Below are positions 9,180-19,031 of a stretch of DNA of 64,000 bases, piece after piece; the stretch's first letter is position 1; every line of letters starts with the position of its first letter. The translations under genes were made by a program, and so were the position numbers. Origin of the DNA: an uncultured Ignavibacteriaceae bacterium (lineage in GTDB: Bacteria; Zixibacteria; MSB-5A5; GN15; PGXB01); the NCBI GenBank assembly GCA_964498015.1, contig CAZCFT010000001.1, positions 490-64,489 of the forward strand, in the 5' to 3' direction. Below the pieces are notes generated by a model. That model had not been told where the DNA came from and did no database searches. It was given only the letters and a program-made list of their open reading frames with translations.

Positions 9180-10505
9180 ATGACAAAGACAAAGGAAGAT
9201 GTCTTAAGACAAATCGATGACGCCGAAGTTCATTATATTCGACTTAATTTTACCGACATTTTGGGGCGTTTGAAAGGGATGTCGATCACTCGTTCGGAAA
9301 TTGAGGCGGTGCTCGAAAGGGGGCAGGGGTTTGACGGGTCATCTATTGAGGGATTCGTGCGGATTGAGGAATCAGATTTGATGGCTATCCCGGATTTGCG
9401 CACTTTTCGGATTATTCCATGGGAAATCGGCGGCGAGCGAACCGCCATGATGTTTTGCGATATTAAGAATCCTGACGGGACTCCCTATGCGGGGGATCCT
9501 CGCTGGGTCTTGAAACGAACTCTTGAGAAAATATCCCAAAAGGGATGGACGGCCTATCTGGGTCCTGAAATTGAGTTTTTCTATTTCAAGGATGAGACAC
9601 ATCCTCAGATAATAGACCAAAGCGGATATTTTGATTATGGTTCATTTGATATAGCGACTCAGGTGGTGAAGAAGACAGTTACGGCTCTTGAGCTAATAGG
9701 AATACCGGTAGAATGCTCGCATCATGAAGTCGCTCCCAGCCAGCAGGAAATTGATCTGAAATATCAGGAAGCGCTGGTCATGGCCGACTTCGCCCAGATT
9801 TATAAGTTTGTGGTTAAAGAGGTTGCGGCGGAGAATGAAATTTATGCTTCATTTATGCCCAAACCGATTTTCGGCGAGAACGGCTCTGGGATGCATACCC
9901 ACATGTCGCTATTCAAAGATAATAGTAATCTTTTCTTTAAGAAAGATGATCCATATCAATTGTCCGATACGGCTCGCTATTTTATAGCGGGTCTTTTGAC
10001 ACATATCAGAGAAATCACCCTGATTCTGAATCAGTGGGTCAATTCCTACAAGCGGTTGGTAGTCGGATATGAGGCCCCTGTATATATGTCGTGGGGGAGA
10101 CGTAATCGATCCAGTTTGATTCGTGTCCCAATGTACAGATTGGGACACGAAGAATCAACCCGTACTGAGTTGCGGTCGCCGGATCCGGCCTGCAACCCAT
10201 ATCTGGCCTTTTCGCTTATGCTTTCTGCGGGATTGATGGGGATTGAGAAGAAATATCCGCTTCCTGAACCTATTGAAGAAAATATTTTCACCATGTCCAA
10301 AGAAAAACGGGCAGAGCTCAAAATAAATGCTCTTCCTGATTCTCTTGAAAATGCTATTAAGGAAACTGAGAAATCCAAACTGGTACGAGAAACGTTGGGC
10401 GATCATATATTTGAGCAACTGATCGCAAACAAGAAAGTCGAGTGGGACAATTACCGGATTGCAGTTTCCAAGCATGAAATAGATACTTATTTGCCGTTCT
10501 TGTGA
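9180..10505 (+). CDS. glnA: Glutamine synthetase, type I
   Basis: 441 aa with GS beta-grasp and catalytic motifs (FDGSSIEGF; NGSGMHTHMSLF; SWGRRNRSSLIRVP). Confidence 0.95.
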   Translation: MTKTKEDVLRQIDDAEVHYIRLNFTDILGRLKGMSITRSEIEAVLERGQGFDGSSIEGFVRIEESDLMAIPDLRTFRIIPWEIGGERTAMMFCDIKNPDGTPYAGDPRWVLKRTLEKISQKGWTAYLGPEIEFFYFKDETHPQIIDQSGYFDYGSFDIATQVVKKTVTALELIGIPVECSHHEVAPSQQEIDLKYQEALVMADFAQIYKFVVKEVAAENEIYASFMPKPIFGENGSGMHTHMSLFKDNSNLFFKKDDPYQLSDTARYFIAGLLTHIREITLILNQWVNSYKRLVVGYEAPVYMSWGRRNRSSLIRVPMYRLGHEESTRTELRSPDPACNPYLAFSLMLSAGLMGIEKKYPLPEPIEENIFTMSKEKRAELKINALPDSLENAIKETEKSKLVRETLGDHIFEQLIANKKVEWDNYRIAVSKHEIDTYLPFL

Positions 10506-11938
10506 TTGAGGAATATTGCAAATTATCGGCCTCGGCCATAATTGACGGCCTGAAGAAAAGGGAATTCAGCGCAGTCGAAATATGCCGCTCGGCTCTTTCA
10601 CACGTTGAAGGAACCGGCCGGCAGTTAAACGCTTTTATCACGGTTACAAGAAATAGGGCCCTTGAGCAGGCGGAAAAGGCCGACGCCAAAATCCGACGCG
10701 GCGATAACATTGGCGCTTTGTGCGGCGTGCCGGTAGCGCTGAAAGATAATATTTGTCTTACTGATTATCCGACTACCTGTGCCTCGCATATTCTCGATGG
10801 ATTTATCCCGCCCTATGATGCCGCCTGTACCGAAAGGCTAATTTCCGCAGACGCTATAATTGTGGGCAAAACCAATATGGATGAGTTTGCGATGGGATCA
10901 TCGACTGAAAACTCATATTATGGCCCGGTAAAAAATCCAGTCGGCGAGGGATTGGTGCCGGGGGGTTCATCCGGAGGTTCTGCCGCGGCAGTCGCCGCGG
11001 GGATAGTTCCGATCGCTTTCGGCTCCGAAACGGGCGGCTCTGTCCGCCAGCCGGCTTCATTTTGCGGGATATATGGTCTTAAACCGTCCTATGGAGCGAT
11101 TTCGCGTTATGGTCTGGTTGCCTTTGCGTCATCAATGGACCAAATTGGTCCGATGGCACGCAATGTCTATGACCTGGCGCTCGCATTTAGCGCAGTCTGC
11201 GGCCGAGACGAAAATGATTCGACTTCGGTTGCCTTTGATCATCCTTATTATCCAACCTTGCTTGATACTCACAAGAAGTTCCGTTTTGGCATTCCGAAAG
11301 AATATTTCCGCGAGGGGCTTGACCCGGAGGTCGCAAGGCAAATCGAGTCAGCCATAAAACTTTTTGAGAAAGATGGGCACAGAATAGTTGACGCTTCATT
11401 GCCGCATTCCCCGCTGGCTATAGCTGTTTATTACATCAGCGCGGATGCTGAGGCCTCATCCAATCTCGCCCGGTATGACGGCGTGAAATATGGCTTAAGG
11501 ATAGATGATGATGATTTAACTACAATGTATAATAAAACCCGTCAGGCCGGATTTGGAACGGAAGTGAAAAGAAGAATTATTCTCGGAACGTATGTCCTAT
11601 CGGCAGGATATTATGACGCCTATTATCTCAAAGCTCAGCAGGTCAGGGAACTGCTAAGAATGGATTTTGAAAATGCGTTCAAGGAAGTTGATATTTTAGT
11701 CACCCCGACCTCGCCAACGGCCGCATTCAAAATGGGAGAAAAAATGGATGACCCACTGGCAATGTATCTTTCCGATATATACACGGCTCCGGCAAACTTA
11801 TCGGGGATGCCGGCGATTTCTATTCCGTGTGGAACTGTTTCCGATGGCCGCCCGGTAGGTTTGCAGTTATTGGCCCCGGCCTTCGGAGAATTATCCCTTT
11901 TTCAGGCGGCGGCTCGCTTTGAAAAGCTGAGGGAATAG
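10502..11938 (+). CDS. gatA: Asp-tRNA(Asn)/Glu-tRNA(Gln) amidotransferase subunit A
   Basis: Amidase signature [30 protein letters not shown]. The GTG start overlaps the glnA TGA by 4 nt. Confidence 0.95.
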   Translation: MIEEYCKLSASAIIDGLKKREFSAVEICRSALSHVEGTGRQLNAFITVTRNRALEQAEKADAKIRRGDNIGALCGVPVALKDNICLTDYPTTCASHILDGFIPPYDAACTERLISADAIIVGKTNMDEFAMGSSTENSYYGPVKNPVGEGLVPGGSSGGSAAAVAAGIVPIAFGSETGGSVRQPASFCGIYGLKPSYGAISRYGLVAFASSMDQIGPMARNVYDLALAFSAVCGRDENDSTSVAFDHPYYPTLLDTHKKFRFGIPKEYFREGLDPEVARQIESAIKLFEKDGHRIVDASLPHSPLAIAVYYISADAEASSNLARYDGVKYGLRIDDDDLTTMYNKTRQAGFGTEVKRRIILGTYVLSAGYYDAYYLKAQQVRELLRMDFENAFKEVDILVTPTSPTAAFKMGEKMDDPLAMYLSDIYTAPANLSGMPAISIPCGTVSDGRPVGLQLLAPAFGELSLFQAAARFEKLRE

Positions 11939-11993
11939 AACATGGCTTTTTATAATTCAGGTAATTTGAAGCTCCAAGCGGATAGACAAGCGA

Positions 11994-13463
11994 ATGGCGG
12001 ATAGACATATAATCGACGGGTATGAACCGGTCATTGGGCTTGAAGTTCACGCTCAACTGAGCGCCGACAGCAAGATATTTTGCGGGTGCAAAGCCGAATA
12101 TGGCGCCCCACCCAATAGTTTAACATGTCCGGTTTGTCTTGGCCTTCCAGGCGCTTTGCCGGTTCTTAACAAGAAAGCTGTCGAGTATGCAATGAAAGTG
12201 ATCCTGGCAGTGGGAGGAGAGGTACAGCTTCGCTCGGTTTTTGCCCGGAAAAATTATTTCTATCCAGATCTTCCCAAGGGATATCAGATTTCCCAGTTTG
12301 ATCTTCCACTTGGGGAGGGTGGTGTGGTTGAATTTCAAATTGAAGGGGGAAAAAGTCGGAAGACGGTCCGCTTAAAAAGAATTCATCTTGAGGAGGATGC
12401 TGGGAAATCCCTGCATCCAGAGTCCGGGGAAGACTTTACTCGGATCGATCTCAACCGATGCGGCGTTCCACTGATTGAAATTGTCACCGAACCGGAAATC
12501 AATACCCCGCAAGAAGCTTATGGATATTTGACAAAACTGAAACAGATGCTTCAGTACCTGCGAATCTGCTCGGCAGATATGGAAAAGGGGCATCTTCGGT
12601 GCGATGCCAATGTATCTGTACGACCGGCTGGCGCGCATATACTGGGGATCAGGACGGAAGTAAAAAATCTCAATTCATTCAAAGCTGTTGAAAAGGCTCT
12701 GGCCTATGAGATCGAAAGGCAGATCGGCATATTGAAATCCGGCGGCAAGATTGAGCAGTGCACCTTGCTCTGGGACGATAAACGTCAGGCGGCAGAGTCG
12801 ATGCGATCGAAAGAAGAATCCCACGATTATAGATACTTCCCCGAACCGGATTTGGTCAATCTCACTATTGATGAAGTCTGGTTGGAAAAAATAAGAGCGG
12901 AGCTTCCGGAGTTGGCGGAAGCGCGGGTAAAGCGGTTTATCAGTCAGTACAATATTCCTGAATATGACGCGATGGTTCTGACAGACAGTAGAGAATTGGC
13001 GGACTACTATGAAGACCTGATGAAGGAATTCAATGACGGCAAAGCGGCATCCAACTGGATAATGACGGAATTGCTCAGAGTTCTTAATGAAGAAAGGGCG
13101 GATATAGCGACATTTCGGATTAAGCCAAAGATGCTGGCAGAATTGCTTGGATATGTGCAGAGCGGAAAAATATCCGGTAAAATCGCGAAGGATGTTTTTG
13201 TAGAGATGATCGAGACATCAAAGACGGCGGGGGAAATAATTTTGTCCAAAGGGTTGACACAGATATCAGACGATTCTTTAATTAGGGGCGTGATTGCCAA
13301 AGTCATAGCAGAAAATGATGATAATCTCAGAAAATATCTTTCCGGCAAGAAACAGATTTTCGGATTTTTTGTAGGTCAAGTGATTAAAGAAACAGGCGGA
13401 AAGGCCAATCCGGGCTTGGTTAATAAATTATTGAAAGAAAAATTAGATGATCTTGCCGGCTAA
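11994..13463 (+). CDS. gatB: Asp-tRNA(Asn)/Glu-tRNA(Gln) amidotransferase subunit B
   Basis: 489 aa with the GatB N-terminal cradle (IGLEVHAQL, CPVCLGLPGALP) and a C-terminal YqeY-like tail. Confidence 0.95.
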   Translation: MADRHIIDGYEPVIGLEVHAQLSADSKIFCGCKAEYGAPPNSLTCPVCLGLPGALPVLNKKAVEYAMKVILAVGGEVQLRSVFARKNYFYPDLPKGYQISQFDLPLGEGGVVEFQIEGGKSRKTVRLKRIHLEEDAGKSLHPESGEDFTRIDLNRCGVPLIEIVTEPEINTPQEAYGYLTKLKQMLQYLRICSADMEKGHLRCDANVSVRPAGAHILGIRTEVKNLNSFKAVEKALAYEIERQIGILKSGGKIEQCTLLWDDKRQAAESMRSKEESHDYRYFPEPDLVNLTIDEVWLEKIRAELPELAEARVKRFISQYNIPEYDAMVLTDSRELADYYEDLMKEFNDGKAASNWIMTELLRVLNEERADIATFRIKPKMLAELLGYVQSGKISGKIAKDVFVEMIETSKTAGEIILSKGLTQISDDSLIRGVIAKVIAENDDNLRKYLSGKKQIFGFFVGQVIKETGGKANPGLVNKLLKEKLDDLAG

Positions 13464-14046
13464 ATTGGCTGTTTTCATTTCGGGAAGCGGGACAAACCTT
13501 CAATCTCTTATTGATGCAATCAAATGCGGCAGGTTGTGCGCAAAAATTGTTCTGGTAGTTTCCAGCAGGAGCGATGCCTTCGGGCTTGAGCGGGCAAAGC
13601 AAGAAAAAATCGATACATTTCTCTATAAGACCAAAGATTATCCAACCGCGGAAGACGCTGAAAGGGCCTTGCTTGAGGCGCTTAAAGGACATGAAGTTGA
13701 ATATGTGGCTCTGGCGGGATTTCTGAAATTAGCGCCAGACTCCGTCATTCAGAAGTACCAAAATAAAATTACCAATATTCATCCAGCCCTGCTTCCGAAA
13801 TTTGGGGGAAAGGGGATGTACGGGCATTTTGTGCATGAGGCTGTCATTGCGGCAGGGGAGAAAGAATCAGGAGCCACGGTTCATATTGTGGATGAAACAT
13901 ATGATCATGGGAAAATATTATTGCAGAAGAAAGTGAAAATATATCCCGATGATACGCCCGATACTCTGGCGGCGAGAGTCTTGAGGATAGAGCATCAAAT
14001 ATATCCTGAGGCGCTTGAACTTTTGATAAGAGGGAAGATAGAATAA
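13447..14046 (+). CDS. purN: Phosphoribosylglycinamide formyltransferase
   Basis: 199 aa with FISGSGTNLQSLIDA, NIHPALLP and the HxxD region. Overlaps the gatB 3' end by 17 nt. Confidence 0.9.
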   Translation: MILPAKLAVFISGSGTNLQSLIDAIKCGRLCAKIVLVVSSRSDAFGLERAKQEKIDTFLYKTKDYPTAEDAERALLEALKGHEVEYVALAGFLKLAPDSVIQKYQNKITNIHPALLPKFGGKGMYGHFVHEAVIAAGEKESGATVHIVDETYDHGKILLQKKVKIYPDDTPDTLAARVLRIEHQIYPEALELLIRGKIE

Positions 14047-14942
14047 TGGAAAAGGCTCTCTTGGAAACAGACATAAAGGAATATCCGCTATTTTCACGCG
14101 GCAAGGTTCGCGATGTATATGACCTCGGCGATAAATTGCTGATTGTCGCCACCGACAGGGTGTCGGCATTTGATTGCGTGCTACCCAACGGTATTCCCGG
14201 TAAAGGAAGAATATTGACCGCAATGTCTCTATTCTGGTTTGATCATATTAAAAGTATTATTTTGTCTCATTTGATCGCGGCCGACGTAAGTCAATTCCCT
14301 GCAAACCTGCATAAATATCGCGAGATTCTTGACGGGAGAGCGATGCTGGTTGTTAAGGCAGAGAGAATTGATATTGAATGCGTTGTACGGGGATATATCT
14401 CCGGCTCGCTGTGGAAAGAGTTGACAGCGGCGCGCAAGAATGGAAGCAACGAAGCGCTCGGATTCAAATTCCCTCCTAACTTGCGCGAATCAGATAAGCT
14501 CCCAGAGCCTGTTTTTACGCCAGCGATCAAATCTGATGATGGCCACGACGAGAATATCTCATTTGAGCAGATGGCCAAGATTGTGGGCGCTGAGACGGCG
14601 GCAATGTGCCGTTCGAAGTCCATTGATATTTATAAGAAGACTTCAGAATATGCTCGCGGCCGGGGAATCATAATAGCCGATACCAAGTTTGAATTTGGGT
14701 TTCACAATGGCAGATTGATTATAATTGATGAGATTCTATCGCCTGATTCCTCGCGGTTCTGGCCTCTTGAACAATATGTTCCCGGCAAAGGCCAGCCATC
14801 GTTTGACAAGCAATTTATCCGCGACTATCTTGCCGGACTCGATTGGGACAAAAATCCTCCGGCGCCGAGTTTACCGGAAGAAATTTTGCTAAAATCCGCC
14901 GCCAAGTATAAAGAGGCGGAAAAATTGTTGACAGGAAAGTAA
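14046..14942 (+). CDS. purC: Phosphoribosylaminoimidazole-succinocarboxamide (SAICAR) synthase
   Basis: 298-aa long-form PurC (GKVRDVYD, ATDRVSAFD, IIADTKFEFG). Confidence 0.92.
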   Translation: MEKALLETDIKEYPLFSRGKVRDVYDLGDKLLIVATDRVSAFDCVLPNGIPGKGRILTAMSLFWFDHIKSIILSHLIAADVSQFPANLHKYREILDGRAMLVVKAERIDIECVVRGYISGSLWKELTAARKNGSNEALGFKFPPNLRESDKLPEPVFTPAIKSDDGHDENISFEQMAKIVGAETAAMCRSKSIDIYKKTSEYARGRGIIIADTKFEFGFHNGRLIIIDEILSPDSSRFWPLEQYVPGKGQPSFDKQFIRDYLAGLDWDKNPPAPSLPEEILLKSAAKYKEAEKLLTGK

Positions 14943-14943
14943 T

Positions 14944-16515
14944 ATGAACGATTTGATAAAGATTAGAAGGGCGCTGATATCAGTTTCCGACAAAGCAGGT
15001 CTTGTTGATTTTGCCGGAGCGCTGGTCAAATATAAAATAGAGATTATTTCCACGGGGGGAACATTAGCGGCGCTCAAGAAAGATGGAATTCATGCCGTTT
15101 CTGTGTCCACATTCACCGGGGCGCCTGAAATTCTTGGTGGGCGCGTGAAAACTTTGCATCCCAAAATCCATGCCGGGATTCTCTATCGCCGTGATAATGA
15201 AGATGACTGCGAGGAAATGACGCATCAGGAATACAAACCGATCGATATGGTAGTCGTGAATTTGTACCCGTTTGAGAAAAAGGTTGACAACTCTAAGTCA
15301 ACGGAAAAAGAAATAATAGAGAATATCGACATCGGCGGTCCATCTATGGTGAGAGCGGCGGCCAAGAATTTCTCGGGGGTGGCGGTAGTGACCTCGCCGA
15401 GTGATTATGAATTAATAATCGAGGAAATGGCGAAAAATGAAGGGGCTCTTGGGCTGGAATTCAGGCGTCGTCTGGCGGCGACCGCATTTGATTTGACCCA
15501 CAAATATGACAAGGCGGTAGCCGCATATTTTGTTTCCGGCAAAGGTACAGAAGGGGATAAGTTCCCTCATAAGCTCAATCTGTCTTTCAATCTTAAGTCA
15601 TCGCTTCGATATGGAGAAAATCCTCACCAGCAAGGGGCATATTATCAAGATAAAAAATATGCCGGTCCTTCGCTGACTAAAGCTGAGATTCTTTCCGGCA
15701 AGGAGCTTTCATATAATAATATTGCTGACATGGATGCCTGCCTTGATATGATTCTCGATTTCAGGGAGCCGTTTGCATGCGTGTTGAAACATGCTAATCC
15801 GTGCGGAGCGGCTGTGGGAAAAACAATCGACGCGGCCTACAGGGATGCTCTCGCGTCTGATCCGCTTTCGGCTTTTGGCTCAATCATCGGACTTAACAAA
15901 CAGGTTGATATAGAGGCGGCCAAATTGCTGTATGATACGGGGTTTGTTGAGTGTATTCTGGCGCCAGGATACGATCCGGAAGCCCTGGAATTGCTCAAAA
16001 AAAAGAAGGCGCGTCGAATTTTGGCTCTTCCCGGAATATCTTCCGGTCGCTCTGGGGGAGAGATGGTTTTCAAGTTTATTCGGGGAGGCCTTCTTTTTCA
16101 AACCGCCGACGAACATGAGATTGATATGTCGGCTCTGCAAGTTGTCAGTAAGCGTAAGCCGACCGAAGGAGAAATCAAGTCGCTATTATTCGCATGGAAA
16201 ATAGTCAAGCATACTAAATCAAATGCAATTGTGATTGCCAGGGATTCGGCGACAGTCGGGATTGGAATGGGGCAGACATCACGGGTTGATTCTTCAGCTC
16301 TGGCGGTCAAACGAGCCGGTGTGCGGGCTAAAGGGGCGGTTTTGGCTTCGGATGCTTTTTTCCCAATGCCTGACGGAGTCGAGGTCGCTCTTGACGCGGG
16401 GGTCACTGCCATCATTCAGCCGGGTGGTTCCAAAGGAGACCCCCAAGCGATCGAGGCAGTCAATAAGGCCGGGGCGGCAATGGTTTTCACCGGCATAAGG
16501 CATTTTAAGCATTAA
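14944..16515 (+). CDS. purH: Bifunctional AICAR transformylase / IMP cyclohydrolase
   Basis: 523 aa with an MGS-like N-domain (ALISVSDK, GGRVKTLHPKIHAGIL) and an AICARFT domain (LRYGENPHQ, GQTSRVDS). Confidence 0.95.
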   Translation: MNDLIKIRRALISVSDKAGLVDFAGALVKYKIEIISTGGTLAALKKDGIHAVSVSTFTGAPEILGGRVKTLHPKIHAGILYRRDNEDDCEEMTHQEYKPIDMVVVNLYPFEKKVDNSKSTEKEIIENIDIGGPSMVRAAAKNFSGVAVVTSPSDYELIIEEMAKNEGALGLEFRRRLAATAFDLTHKYDKAVAAYFVSGKGTEGDKFPHKLNLSFNLKSSLRYGENPHQQGAYYQDKKYAGPSLTKAEILSGKELSYNNIADMDACLDMILDFREPFACVLKHANPCGAAVGKTIDAAYRDALASDPLSAFGSIIGLNKQVDIEAAKLLYDTGFVECILAPGYDPEALELLKKKKARRILALPGISSGRSGGEMVFKFIRGGLLFQTADEHEIDMSALQVVSKRKPTEGEIKSLLFAWKIVKHTKSNAIVIARDSATVGIGMGQTSRVDSSALAVKRAGVRAKGAVLASDAFFPMPDGVEVALDAGVTAIIQPGGSKGDPQAIEAVNKAGAAMVFTGIRHFKH

Positions 16516-16579
16516 ACTTACCCGTTTCTCAAAGAAACTTCTTGCGTACCTTAGACTTTGGGCTTAAATTTGCATAGTA

Positions 16580-17080
16580 TTGATTAAATTTCGGAAAGGA
16601 ACGACGGTGGGAGATAGAGTTCTGGAAATAGTCGTCCTGCTGATGACCCATATTCGGGAAACCAGGGGGCAACTGGACAATCTTGAGGATATTTCCGATA
16701 CTCTGAAAAGCCAGGGGTTTACGGAAAATGAAATCAGTTCCGCTTATTCCTGGGTCTTGGACCAGTTGCAGACGGACTCCCAACTCATTCATAATCTATC
16801 TCTTTCCAATGCATCGTTCAGAATCCTGAGCGATATCGAACGGCGCCATTTTCTTCCCGAAGCTTTTGGATATCTGCTTCAACTCAAGCATCTCGGCCTG
16901 CTCAACGACGGACAATTGGAGCTTATCTTGGAGAGAGGCCTGATGATGGGGCCCGCTCCGATTGACCTCGAGCAAATCCGGATGGTAATCGGAACAGTGC
17001 TTTTTCATGAGACGGGGCGCCCTGAACTGATCCGCCAGCCAGCTTATTTCTTCAATGATGAAGACGGGCTGATTAATTAG
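16580..17080 (+). CDS. smg: Smg protein (DUF494 family)
   Basis: 166 aa, collinear with the Smg pattern (acidic N-terminal helix region, FRIL..ERRHF..GYLLQL..LG). TTG start; the true start may be a few codons downstream. Confidence 0.75.
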   Translation: MIKFRKGTTVGDRVLEIVVLLMTHIRETRGQLDNLEDISDTLKSQGFTENEISSAYSWVLDQLQTDSQLIHNLSLSNASFRILSDIERRHFLPEAFGYLLQLKHLGLLNDGQLELILERGLMMGPAPIDLEQIRMVIGTVLFHETGRPELIRQPAYFFNDEDGLIN

Positions 17081-17108
17081 ATCAGAGTTTTTGTTTCTAA
17101 GAAAATAA

Positions 17109-18302
17109 ATGCCTTTTAAGGGAAAAAAGATAATTGTCGGTCTGACCGGCGGGATTGCGGCCTATAAAATCCCGCCATTAATAAGACTATTGAAAAAAGG
17201 CTCTGCCGATGTGCGGGCTATAATGACGCCGAATTCAACGAAATTTATCACGTCTCTCACGATAGAGACTGTGTCACAAAACCCGGTCTCGCTGGAGATG
17301 TTCCCGGAAGATAGATTTGTGGGGACGCATCATATAGATTTAGCTGATTGGCCGGACGTATTTATTATTGCGCCGGCCACGGCGAATTTTATTGCGAAAG
17401 TGTCATCCGGAATCTGCGATGACTTGTTGACGACGGTGATGTGCGCTACCAAGAAACCTGTCATTATCGCGCCAGCCATGAATACAAATATGTATTTGAA
17501 CTCGATTACTCAGAAAAATATTCAATATCTGAAATCTCTTGGGTATTTATTTATCGAACCGGGAGAAGGGGAGTTGGCCTGCAATACTTATGGAAAGGGG
17601 CGGATGGCGGAACCTCAAGAAATATCTTCTTTTGTCTTGAGTCTGTTTCAAAAAAAAAAGCTTCTGATTAATAAGAAAGTTCTGGTGACGGCCGGACCTT
17701 GCCGCGAGGCGATTGATCCGGTACGGTATATTTCGAATCGTTCGTCTGGAAAAATGGGTTATGCTATTGCGGCCTCGGCAAAAGCGGCGGGGGCTAAAGT
17801 TGTTTTGATATCCGGCCCGACCAGCCTCGTCCCAGAATTTGGAATCGAGACGCATAGAGTGGAATCGACCGACGAAATGTTCAGGGCGGTCAAGAAGGAA
17901 TTTTCAAAGAGCGATATTGTCATTATGGCCGCGGCCCCGGCCGATTTCATGACTAAAAAGAAATCGGGGCAGAAAATAAAAAAGGGAACAGGGGATTTGT
18001 CGCTTGAATTGATTCCAACGATAGATATATTGAACTCTTTGAAGAAATCGAAAAGAAAGGGCCAGATTGTAGTCGGGTTTGCCTTAGAAACAGAGAATGG
18101 ACTCACTAATGCAAAGGATAAATTGAAAGAAAAGGGATTGGACCTGATAATTTTAAATATGGTCGGCGAGAGTATGCCATTTGATAGCGAGAGTAATCAG
18201 GCCTCTCTGGTCTATAAAAGTGGCAGGACGGAAGCCTTGCCTATGATGAGTAAGATGGAACTGGCGAATCTTATAGTAGAAAAGATTGCTAAGTTGAAAT
18301 GA
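17109..18302 (+). CDS. coaBC: Bifunctional phosphopantothenoylcysteine decarboxylase / phosphopantothenate--cysteine ligase
   Basis: 397 aa with a flavoprotein N-domain (GLTGGIAAYK, PAMNTNM) and a DFP C-domain (ISNRSSGKMG). Confidence 0.93.
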   Translation: MPFKGKKIIVGLTGGIAAYKIPPLIRLLKKGSADVRAIMTPNSTKFITSLTIETVSQNPVSLEMFPEDRFVGTHHIDLADWPDVFIIAPATANFIAKVSSGICDDLLTTVMCATKKPVIIAPAMNTNMYLNSITQKNIQYLKSLGYLFIEPGEGELACNTYGKGRMAEPQEISSFVLSLFQKKKLLINKKVLVTAGPCREAIDPVRYISNRSSGKMGYAIAASAKAAGAKVVLISGPTSLVPEFGIETHRVESTDEMFRAVKKEFSKSDIVIMAAAPADFMTKKKSGQKIKKGTGDLSLELIPTIDILNSLKKSKRKGQIVVGFALETENGLTNAKDKLKEKGLDLIILNMVGESMPFDSESNQASLVYKSGRTEALPMMSKMELANLIVEKIAKLK

Positions 18303-19024
18303 TCGACTGGAAACAAAATCTGGACAGGCGCACAGCGATTCTTCTAAGACAAGCCTTAAGATGCCAGATGGATATCGGCATAGGAGATATTTTGATTGAC
18401 CCCAAAGGAGTGAGAGAGAAGCAGGAAAAGCTTGCCAAAAGCGGCAGAAAAATCAGATCGAAGGCATACGGTTCATTGGAGGAGCATAATAAGGCGATTT
18501 GCGAATGTCAGAAATGTCCTCTCGGATCAACGAGGACAAAATTTGTCTATGGAGTCGGCAATCCCAATGCGGACTTGCTGTTTATCGGCGAGGCCCCGGG
18601 TCGGGATGAAGATCTGCAGGGAGAGCCATTTGTAGGAAGAGCCGGGCAATTGCTTGACAAAATCCTGACCGCGGTAGGTTTTAAGCGGGAAGAAGTGTAT
18701 ATCGCCAATATTCTCAAATGCCGCCCTCCCAACAATCGCGATCCTCAACCGGATGAAATGGCGACCTGCATGCCATATTTGCTGGAGCAGATTCAGCTTA
18801 TCAAGCCCAAGATAATCTGCGCACTGGGTCGAATATCGGCGCAGGCATTGCTTAAGACGACTACCCCGATCGGCAAGCTTCGCGGACAATGGCATGATTT
18901 TAATGGTATTCCATTTTTTATCACCTATCATCCGGCGGCGCTTTTGAGATTTCCGGCGTACAAACGCGATGTCTGGGAGGATATCCAGAAACTGCGGGTT
19001 AAATATGACGAATTGGCTTCATAG
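18299..19024 (+). CDS. Uracil-DNA glycosylase, family 4 (Fe-S type)
   Basis: CxxCxL cluster context (CECQKCPLG), GEAPG..E motif, and HPAALLR near the C-terminus. Confidence 0.88.
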   Translation: MIDWKQNLDRRTAILLRQALRCQMDIGIGDILIDPKGVREKQEKLAKSGRKIRSKAYGSLEEHNKAICECQKCPLGSTRTKFVYGVGNPNADLLFIGEAPGRDEDLQGEPFVGRAGQLLDKILTAVGFKREEVYIANILKCRPPNNRDPQPDEMATCMPYLLEQIQLIKPKIICALGRISAQALLKTTTPIGKLRGQWHDFNGIPFFITYHPAALLRFPAYKRDVWEDIQKLRVKYDELAS

Positions 19025-19031
19025 ATAAATT

